From Candidatus Termititenax aidoneus (lineage in GTDB: Bacteria; Margulisbacteria; Termititenacia; Termititenacales; Termititenacaceae): DNA of 64,000 bases. Both the position numbers and the translations under genes were made by a program. The stretch is from assembly GCA_003864455.1 (NCBI GenBank), contig BGZN01000003.1, forward strand, positions 25,484-89,483, written 5' to 3'. Below the pieces are notes generated by a model that was not told the origin of the DNA, ran no database searches, and saw nothing but the letters and a program-made list of their open reading frames with translations. Positions 59,001 to 64,000 of the stretch are shown here, one piece after another. Each line of letters starts with the position of its first letter. Position 1 is the first letter of the stretch.

Positions 59001-59040
59001 GGGTTTTAACTGGAATATTGGCGGCGGCAGAAAAAACTAG
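50011..59040 (+). CDS. Giant protein C, 3009 aa: ~2600 aa alpha-solenoid/TPR-like region plus a ~400 aa C-terminal Gly/aromatic-rich beta-barrel-like domain
   Basis: Long Leu/Ala/Glu-rich helical repeat region. The C-terminal segment shows an alternating-aromatic pattern typical of outer-membrane barrels (…LGLRLEPFSWRGVSLLAGVSYGYY…GFLGFNWNIGG). No N-terminal signal peptide is evident. Confidence 0.8.
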   Translation: MIMADVVLNNDGYLSSREYELLLRRQKLPSADKNDAGNIKELTGGLNYDDFIQSIFDEAKNLDLTKKRESLTNLKEICGNSMESNSRYNADQRISLYYALISWTMQSGDYTQAKKLLHNLNPDLKKLEEFNSDVFNTEANTYNPPLTLLKNLTIGVDSYSDKQMWFVSMLIELAEKGQIASLNDDLIKILNSLIRDATGDLKTFFQNAKEYLRLKIQVDYVAADWRNLYAKTIVVRDKQDTLDFLNKFLRVKVLTEIMTNDPDPNRYFTETENINLGDWKNRLSNEAPKAISNAQERIRILIDYYWETIGNLNSNQAREMRDTLVRERDKSLDNLALWQQISGVLTQYFILLAETYKTQGNYTALATHLDWAESKIFQPLEKDKDRRVKSLRDKEGHYMAKFIDFARVDAALLRAKAAPTDQNIPAVLTQVQTLEGQYQSTLLPADRQRLHYARADYYQLCIKQAEKAGNKTLANSYRNEQLERLTGTVLTINESVNNVSAVLNTSYRKNTQSLLGEDKKFFLNALCEAAELHTGLKNKATAEKYYNVILRQSSELAGLLNSYANKTAFSELESRFLILAAQFIVPSKNARPILEKITAVCPPNSDAYIGAQKMLEAYKFVDLLDRLEICKKTGEWQKGLADIDEAYQKKIFNVPDNADDDRARKEELVFQIAEFQELRAAADRTYSPAVWIGDLPAKINDTLGNTTLNDIGIDNTPPNQQRRMYLELSALSRRKDYAGILRLLNKFFVNDVNSKISLRGLDNIGTPSVNYLIDGNNNKNENETPEEQNARFRDNLACAYLEALNTLRTSEQTVPANVFAPSDLAAAFSSRFSTTRLFGVNGQDGILHKKDETGQTADWTDTERRIMFLAAQCLKNWPKDISQKEVYEEIIRRYPLPSPLGYTPVNGVLQTYYYNSDAKRAYWEAQAGLVNYYAKQKNFDEQKTVFAKIEAEYKNRVNPQSVTSYAADAAYIKNLYFNALLMQCLSDLEQENRAAALKNLQTWKTLRNDVDIYKQLTDADRERHTYTLVEMLTRAAMLLDTQEDRPQAALDELLGIYRNEEYNLSRPQTAAAKLCADIIRGNVAALVAANKEKTIARQRLVWPEGPDGISRDYFTTGLADNNYEKLEDNYKELTHSYEKRLFISFLLNQAKLGDQQAFKLLQALLDREQTKEDVGEDFFKQIEQRFELDTAWNSLDAEYRGYQPENIDAESIAKKYLASSYSANTRDEAEDLLRLAWSKGADPQKAILDDGQTRGYAALIVEPIDFADKRVRGALDNLISLYAYKPQTRDAEQNKGKLDALVKSLQAAYDRASNDLRGKELYVKALLAQAETYYRRKNMTEKEKVLEIEKALDIVKSLLAEEISIPEKTAQYYVYCEQRIRLSLRQAQDSNKTPLEIDRALETLRQEFNLISPDDFPTNLTEKLLNSFITINKPGLTDKEIAAVLTDLGKNFEDCFKDFGEDPKKDIEACREFFENICQTNYQRRLFISILCSLANETSAALDPDTESERAALIQHGDNDVYEQAVEALLLDSEYLPTALALELLGSEFAETIKPRLRLNMAWRGLTGENKESVDHVISPDWLTVAAEVVEDIDILTAANPTLKAELQDEVNSLRYFVLIKSKDTENINTALQDYYLPRIANGIADADEKTLVIGAYAYDLRDYTAALSYIDKNIQYTDERDIQSDTALDPILFSIVVDCWSKQEPKKDIPEAMVQQYIKAIQTRPELYANDKAKTALANIVCAYVAQQLENGKADAAGWLDSILTDLEHSSLTRSYIENRIKTLQAKARIIQNKYTEASKLLHEVLEKFTKPAELEAYKDKLEPQPFAYIHNDALRQLAQVKEAQGDYKTALDFLDKLPETEEKYPGDDPKEKTRAWLYDRLQSAGILMKQGKYPEAETKLQTVREQNTQFTTADDRGLVYFKLLDLALAEARQAETRPGSELRSAAEGWLADLDALGLRRPENIFLREIQRAACRKLLSSAAPETLYTAAKKALAAVPAGPKREAYADLLDELQAYADLESRSYLRPDSGTSIAPAELPEYFEPADGLAAEEHALTLRTIYLNSLLTAGDTAVLTKINDDLSRLETELAKTDSAADSEGLRLALQKYRAELNLLKYSFLKTHFQYDKDGREITERWPEEKVRGSWSELPPVFAVDFEKRFADLLQTSGSDTPPYNILEEKTSERLADFDQAEDDASAKLEFWEYKKKIDDLLNDLVALGGSSLAGAPELAQAVCALYGFDPALAEAEIIANGQEPRGGILAIVRAFRAQFKPQFDAGLDFTAEEKGYGYYLLSRLLIKEEKDVSRLLEILVDGHYLDGKSGGYYAESGALLIDFWNKQIKRNSENKLPQAEWNAVLWDLSVRKKQSGSDFLPDIEYTPRGGNIVSNYGEMSLTKNLEKKIKIAERETALDLPSGFAEWKEKYKDRLTMALTGKYQYTAGKMLLDYIGVLIRRRAEEQFVPKLGELQQKIELLFDFVDDFINALPPDELAAGTYYYYQLRTAVLKTQYSLAALPDGDQTNVWSGYKTALTQNLNEVRTLLLDRKDVLDAAAVQNAESALLQYLLTVWDQPAAAEIDSSQLPEEAYYLYVDLFYRFIEALLIQYGKLNKTEKNHLDTAISVFGSILQEEHTGLPYLKNNLGNAASRLTIGLRYLFDWIESGSKSTWDTITTNPGAADGGQKNEGNTSDSSSTMQIHTLELPLSYTPLDWLTLRATAGVSFFNTDFNESMTRFERREGMPQPYPDNGGRPPLNLEEFKFSKFGLGVDLATPTLGWWTGSYSADVWWNQTPQLRSPIAAQRYGEDVFWNQQLGISAFVGNKFNLVPNSLTFDIDEAASFNQTARIEAVEDYRGYRETRVLDSVFQNRLTGRLNFSFGQGWSAYAGGGWLFENAQDRRSLWEGNIRNGWLGELGLSYYGESLTWGLDLNASMLGRALNAGLGLRLEPFSWRGVSLLAGVSYGYYPEVTLSRQNTILNNGMPTVTKTTETQSAQKNWKGFLGFNWNIGGGRKN

Positions 59041-59100
59041 CCGCGGCTGCAATAAAGGGCAGCTAATTACGATATCTATATAGATAGAAAGAGAGGGAAT

Positions 59101-61023
59101 ATGTTATTACTTAAACTTATAGCTGATAAAGGCCAACCGCACAATACGCCCGCTGCGCCGGGCGGCAATCCGGATCCGCCCAAAAAATCAAACGTGGTGA
59201 AAGCGGCTGAAGCGGCTGTTTTTGCTGCTTTGGCGGGAACTACAATTAGCTGCACTAATGTTTTGGGGCAGGAAGAAGAGATCTATAATGCGCCGCCTGA
59301 AACCACTGGATATGCCGATCAGGGCTTACCTTACGGCAGTATCGAAATCAAGACGGCCGAAGGCGCTAACAACGCGTTTATTGTAACCGTGCGCAACAGC
59401 CGCAAGCAGGAAGATGAGAATACTCCGGAGAAAGATGTAACCGGCTTAAAAATTCTGCTGAATGAGTTTTATAAAAAATATCCCAATGCGGAAAGCATTA
59501 CTTTTACATTTGAGGATCTGGGCAATTTTGATTTTACCCGGCTGATAGTCAGTCTGCTGGATAAAAACACCAGAGATTATGAATATCTGGGCGATAACAG
59601 CCGTCCGGAGTACGAACAAGTCATGCAGGGCGCGATTTTTGCGGCGCTTTACAAAATGGACTTAAACAGCGGGGGGCTTAATCCGGTCAGCGCTGAGCCT
59701 TATGCCTGGAATAATCCCGCGACTTACGGCATCGCTGTGAATACGGCCGACAAATCCGTAACTTTGGATTTGCGTAAACGCGCCGTGCTTATCCATAATT
59801 TGGAGCATAGAGACCCCCTCACACAGCAGTCCAATGTGGTCATTGCTGATGTGCTGGACAATGCGGGTGAAAGAACTGTCCGGTTTGGGCTGTTGTCCAC
59901 GGAAGGCTTGCCAAAAGACCAGCGCTGGTCGTACCTGGGCTTTAATCTGGAAGACCTGATCGATAAAAACGGCGTGCCAATGAGCGTGAACGGCAAAGTG
60001 TCCTTTAAACTTAGCGGCGCGGCGGGAGCGGCTTTACCGGCGGATTTTGAGTATCGGGTAACGGCCAAAAATACGGACGGCCAAGACCTGGTGTTTTATC
60101 CTGAGGAGCATCTCGGTTTTACCGAACTGCTGTGGAGTGATTTTCATGAAAGTTTTTATCAAACGGCGCATGCAGCCGCAGCGCAGTATCAAAACGACGC
60201 GCTGACGCTGAATTTTGCCAATATAAACTCTTATGTTACAGTCAGCGATGAAACCCCGAAGCTTGATCCTCAGGCGGCTTTGGCTAAAATCAATCTTTTC
60301 GCCAATTATTACAACGCTGCCGGCGGAGAATTGTCTTTGCAGGTCGAGGGCACTGCGGATTTTGATGTGCAAAAATTCCTCAAAGATATTCGGCTGACTC
60401 TCAACTGTGAGGACAGCGGCGGCGGGGCAGTTTATTATTCGCTAGACAAGCAGTTTGCCTATTCCGAGGAGGAATTAAAAAAATTGAGCGGTTTGGCCGT
60501 ATACAATGACGCCGGATACTGGGACATTCGTATCCCGCTGAGTTGCGTAAATACGGAAAAAGGCTTGCCTGCTGGAGAGCTGACTGTTACAGGCGTCTCT
60601 TTTGGCGTGAATAAAGATTCTTTTACTCCTGCTGCGGAAAAAAGCTATGATTATGCTGTCCGCCAAATTGCTATTAAGGCTGAGGCTAATTCGGAGAAAC
60701 ACATTTTTCCGTTCTATAGCGTGGGCAAAACGACGCCTTTAAAATCCATCGGTATTGCCATGCAATGCCAAAACGGAGACACTGTGTCCGGTTTGCAGTT
60801 GAGTGATTTTACTTTGTGTTCAGACGGTGCGGAAAAACCGCTGCCTTATTTGCGCCAGCAGAGCAATTTGCAAAGCGAGGGGCAGGCTGTGAGTTTCGTG
60901 GTGCATACCGGCACACATATTAATGAGGACACGCCGGATGAATATTTTGTGCCGTATCCGGAGGACAAATTGCCGATTAAATATAAAATAACAGCCAGCG
61001 GTGATATTATTAATGTATATTAG
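59101..61023 (+). CDS. Paralog D, 640 aa, Pro/Lys-rich N-terminus then a hydrophobic segment ending in Cys (AAVFAALAGTTISC)
   Basis: RBS agagggaat. Architecture and N-terminal organisation parallel gene E. No recognised domain. Confidence 0.75.
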   Translation: MLLLKLIADKGQPHNTPAAPGGNPDPPKKSNVVKAAEAAVFAALAGTTISCTNVLGQEEEIYNAPPETTGYADQGLPYGSIEIKTAEGANNAFIVTVRNSRKQEDENTPEKDVTGLKILLNEFYKKYPNAESITFTFEDLGNFDFTRLIVSLLDKNTRDYEYLGDNSRPEYEQVMQGAIFAALYKMDLNSGGLNPVSAEPYAWNNPATYGIAVNTADKSVTLDLRKRAVLIHNLEHRDPLTQQSNVVIADVLDNAGERTVRFGLLSTEGLPKDQRWSYLGFNLEDLIDKNGVPMSVNGKVSFKLSGAAGAALPADFEYRVTAKNTDGQDLVFYPEEHLGFTELLWSDFHESFYQTAHAAAAQYQNDALTLNFANINSYVTVSDETPKLDPQAALAKINLFANYYNAAGGELSLQVEGTADFDVQKFLKDIRLTLNCEDSGGGAVYYSLDKQFAYSEEELKKLSGLAVYNDAGYWDIRIPLSCVNTEKGLPAGELTVTGVSFGVNKDSFTPAAEKSYDYAVRQIAIKAEANSEKHIFPFYSVGKTTPLKSIGIAMQCQNGDTVSGLQLSDFTLCSDGAEKPLPYLRQQSNLQSEGQAVSFVVHTGTHINEDTPDEYFVPYPEDKLPIKYKITASGDIINVY

Positions 61024-61040
61024 TAGAAAGGAGAGCCATT

Positions 61041-63011
61041 ATGCTGTTAAAAAATATAAATTTTGAAGATAAACCGAAAACCGGCGGCGGTGTTCCGCCC
61101 AAAGATCCGGCATTGCCTGCTGTGGCTAAAGCGGCTATCGGAGCGGCTGGCGGAGCGATTATGAATAGCTGCGGTAATCCTTTTGATCCCATTGTGGTAG
61201 ACCTTGGCTCGACGACGACCGAAATACCCTCGGATAAACCGGAGGAGAATACGCTGGAATGGTGGAAAGATCAGTATCCGGGTTACCATGTGGATTATAC
61301 GACGGGCGAGCCGCTTTTCCCCCAAATGTCCGGACCGTCTATACCGCCCGACGTGAAAAGCCATGTTGTGGTTTGGGGCAATGCAGGCAACATAATTTTT
61401 GATGATTACACGACAGAAATCTTGATTAGAGACAGCCGTTATCACCCGACGGACAAAAATCAATTGGCGGCGATGAAAGTTAATTTAGCTTATTTTTATG
61501 AACAATATCAAAAAACGCATGGCGTAACGCCGACCGAGATTACCTTTACGATTACGGACATCAAAGGACAAACGCCGCTGCAGGAGTTTCGGTTTTACCT
61601 TTTGGATTCTGTCAGCAGCAAGGAAGCGGAATTAGCCCAGACCGACGAGTACAAGAATGATCCGGAGGGATTAAAAGCCCTGATGCAGGCGCACACCATT
61701 TCCGTTAAGCTGGGCGACACCGCTGAATTGGCGAGGGCTGGTTTTACTTTCAACGAGGCGGAGGGAAGCATTACGATAGATTTAACAAAACGCAGTCTGT
61801 ACCCGGATACTGTCATGCTGGACGAAGGCGAGGGTGATGATCCGGCAGACGCGTCTTACATTGACGGTTATTCTATTGGCAGCGCGGGAGAAATTACTTT
61901 TAAACTGAGAGCCAGACCGGACGGCAAAAAAAGCTGGGGTTTTGTAGGCGTTTATACAGCCGCCGGATTCGATTTGACTGCGGATTCTGTGTTCAGCTAT
62001 ACATTGGGAGATTTTCAGCCGCCGATTTATCCGAATTACTCTGTGCAGGACAAAGGTTATCGCGTTGTTTTCAGCTATGGCAGTGAAAAAAACGGCAATT
62101 ACAGAGAATTAATTTACGACCCCAATGAGTTTTCGGACAGCAGCCCGTCTGCCGTGAATGTGCCGGCTGAGCGCGCGCATGAAAAATATTTAGCTTTGCG
62201 CGACGCCGAGGCTTTGGCTTTGGGCAATAATAATCTGAGACTGAAATTTTACGGCAAAGACTCGCGCGTTACGATCAATGATACTGTGGAGAGGCCGGAG
62301 GATAAGTTTAAGTTTGATGTGGATCATGATGATATGAGTGATTCTACACGAATAAGTTATCTGAAATTTAAGGTGCGTAAAACAACAGGGTTGAGCGGCA
62401 AGGCGGATTTTTTCAGCAAAGTCAGAGTTGGCTTGAAACTCGAAGATGTTGCTGACGCAAACCAAGATGCGAGTTGTCCAGTTGCCTTGAATGGAGGACG
62501 TATGAACTATATTCTAGAAGAGGATTTGGATGTTAATTATTATGAAATATCCGTTCCGCTTTTGTTTGTGGAGGGCATTGGATTTGACAGGCAAAATGTT
62601 TTGAGTGGAGTTTATTTTGAAAGCCTTGAGGCCTTGGAGGGTTTGGAAATCAAGGATATACAGATCACGGCCGTCGAGCAAGGAGACAGGTCATTGCCTT
62701 TGGTTCAAGTTGACAGGACGGGATTTAGCGGTTTTGGCGCGGCGCTGGATAATAAAGACGCGCAAGAAGCCGTGATCTTGCGGGATTTGAAAATCGGCGG
62801 CAGAGAAATTCTGCAAAAGATCGATCTGGACAGCAGAGTTGAGGAGATTTCTATACTGGCTCTCACCGGCACGTATGAAAATGATGATATGTTTAACGGC
62901 GAATTTACCTCTACAGGCCAGGTGATATATACCCTGAAAGCTTCAGAGCCTATTGTCAATAGCAAAGCAATTTTTGGCATTCCGGAAGATGAGGAACAAA
63001 CGGATCAATAA
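61041..63011 (+). CDS. Paralog E, 656 aa (N-terminus …PKDPALPAVAKAAIGAAGGAIMNSC)
   Basis: RBS aaaggagag. Shares N-terminal architecture and scattered motifs with D (…TF.D…F.LLD…; …DL.KR…). Confidence 0.75.
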   Translation: MLLKNINFEDKPKTGGGVPPKDPALPAVAKAAIGAAGGAIMNSCGNPFDPIVVDLGSTTTEIPSDKPEENTLEWWKDQYPGYHVDYTTGEPLFPQMSGPSIPPDVKSHVVVWGNAGNIIFDDYTTEILIRDSRYHPTDKNQLAAMKVNLAYFYEQYQKTHGVTPTEITFTITDIKGQTPLQEFRFYLLDSVSSKEAELAQTDEYKNDPEGLKALMQAHTISVKLGDTAELARAGFTFNEAEGSITIDLTKRSLYPDTVMLDEGEGDDPADASYIDGYSIGSAGEITFKLRARPDGKKSWGFVGVYTAAGFDLTADSVFSYTLGDFQPPIYPNYSVQDKGYRVVFSYGSEKNGNYRELIYDPNEFSDSSPSAVNVPAERAHEKYLALRDAEALALGNNNLRLKFYGKDSRVTINDTVERPEDKFKFDVDHDDMSDSTRISYLKFKVRKTTGLSGKADFFSKVRVGLKLEDVADANQDASCPVALNGGRMNYILEEDLDVNYYEISVPLLFVEGIGFDRQNVLSGVYFESLEALEGLEIKDIQITAVEQGDRSLPLVQVDRTGFSGFGAALDNKDAQEAVILRDLKIGGREILQKIDLDSRVEEISILALTGTYENDDMFNGEFTSTGQVIYTLKASEPIVNSKAIFGIPEDEEQTDQ

Positions 63012-63070
63012 AAATTATATTTTCGCTGTAAAAGGGGGGCAGGAATATGTTAAAATAGTTTGGAGACATT

Positions 63071-64000
63071 ATGCGAAAACTATATAAAATTTTAATGATT
63101 GTTATGGTTTTCTTTCTATCTGTTCCTGCCTTTGCTATGCAAGTGAAGATTTCGACCACGGGAGCAAGTCTGACTTATCCTGTTACCTTGTGGTTGGAAG
63201 ATACAAGCGCTTTAGAGATTAAAACTTATTCTTTGGCTAATGCTAGTGGCACTAGCATAAATGAGGGTAATTATCGCTTCAAGTTGTACTCTAGTAATGT
63301 TGTTGCCGCTTATTCTGGGGGAAAACATACTTACAAAACGGCTTCTATAGTTAATGTTCCATTTACTACAATTACAGTTGCCTTTGATATTCCCAGCCAC
63401 ACCCTCACCGGCTACGTCAAAAATGCCAGCGGCGGCGCTATATCCGGCGCGACAGTCCATATTTTCGAGGCGGATTCTGCCGATGATCCCGCGCATTACT
63501 GGCTGGCCTCGACAACGACTGATGGGAGCGGCAAGTATGAATTTAAGGGCGTGTACAGCGATGTGAACTATCACATCAAGGCCGAGAAGAGCGGTTACTT
63601 TCCAATGTTTGCCTCCAAAACAACAGACGGCGGCGAATATAGTCCGGTCAATATCAAGGGCGGCGAAACTGTTAAATATATAACGCTGCGCGCCGCGCAA
63701 ACAATTCAAGGTACGATTACCAATGGCGATGCCAGCACGGAAGTTTCCGCGTTTTTGGCGGATTCGAGCTTATTAAATAATGACCAGTATGTTTGGGTTA
63801 GTAAATTTGAGGGAAGCAATCCCAGTCCTTATACTTTAGATGTTCCTGCCGGCGTGCCGGTAATAATTCAGGCCAAGCGCGGTAATTATATCACGGCCTT
63901 TTATAAAGCGGGCAGCAGTCAATGGTATGATGGTAAAACAGCGTCCTCGGTGCAAGGCGGAGCTGCTGGCGTGAATATTACTCTGGAGCAGGCCGGCAGT
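63071..64000 (+). CDS. Secreted protein with a CarboxypepD_reg-like (transthyretin-like beta-sandwich) domain, 3'-truncated by the window edge
   Basis: Signal peptide MRKLYKILMIVMVFFLSVPAFA. Motif TGYVKNASGGAISGATVHIFEADSA…TTTDGSGKYEFKGV is typical of CarboxypepD_reg domains. The ORF is open to the window end. Confidence 0.7.
   Translation, partial: MRKLYKILMIVMVFFLSVPAFAMQVKISTTGASLTYPVTLWLEDTSALEIKTYSLANASGTSINEGNYRFKLYSSNVVAAYSGGKHTYKTASIVNVPFTTITVAFDIPSHTLTGYVKNASGGAISGATVHIFEADSADDPAHYWLASTTTDGSGKYEFKGVYSDVNYHIKAEKSGYFPMFASKTTDGGEYSPVNIKGGETVKYITLRAAQTIQGTITNGDASTEVSAFLADSSLLNNDQYVWVSKFEGSNPSPYTLDVPAGVPVIIQAKRGNYITAFYKAGSSQWYDGKTASSVQGGAAGVNITLEQAGS

Noticed and set aside
59101-63011. 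Calling D and E classical lipoproteins
   Set aside because: Both have a ~30-residue hydrophilic Pro/Lys-rich N-region before the hydrophobic stretch, and the residues preceding Cys (TISC, MNSC) do not match a canonical lipobox. They are described only as Cys-terminated hydrophobic N-terminal segments pending proper prediction.

Overview
This 64 kb window is mostly GC-rich (~50-55 %) chromosomal sequence with housekeeping genes: ilvE (5'-truncated), a GH94 glycoside phosphorylase, rho, a split trkA plus trkH, rpsB-tsf, thrC, miaA-dapF-dapL. Three regions fall outside that pattern. (1) Coordinates 3.7-6.7 kb hold a small accessory patch: a Fic-family protein, an XRE regulator and a phage tail-collar-domain protein with an internal 93-bp tandem duplication. 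(2) Coordinates 16.0-27.6 kb hold an AT-rich ~11.6 kb integrative element inserted at the 3' end of a tRNA-Gln(CUG). It is bounded by a 10-bp direct repeat (GGGGAACCAA) with 9-bp inverted repeats immediately inside. It carries a large serine recombinase, a ParB-like nuclease, two ArdC-like genes, an HNH endonuclease, TPR and WG-repeat proteins, an N6-adenine methyltransferase, a Rep_trans-like initiator and XRE/RHH-like regulators. This content fits an integrative mobilizable element rather than a prophage. The recombinase reading frame runs across attL into the tRNA, and on the inferred excised circle it would continue in frame into a Cys/His-rich small ORF at the other end of the element. 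(3) From 37.0 kb to the window end, a ~2.5-copy 104-bp tandem repeat is followed by a tightly packed co-directional operon. The operon encodes giant proteins of 2644, 1566 and 3009 aa, two paralogous ~650-aa Cys-anchored proteins and a CarboxypepD_reg-domain secreted protein. None has a recognisable catalytic domain, and this is the best candidate for an undescribed envelope-associated system. A diverged copy of the 104-bp repeat unit lies at the right border of the integrative element, upstream of the small Cys/His ORF, which suggests a dispersed structured cis-element family. Also noted: an IS200-like/RAYT transposase, a clustered GGGACAGGCA/TGTCCC motif family around it and within miaA, a poly-C(10) tract upstream of a Gly-rich lipoprotein gene, and a low-GC 1015-aa AAA_16/TPR STAND NTPase. 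All calls rest on reading the sequence and the ORF translations; no database searches were run.
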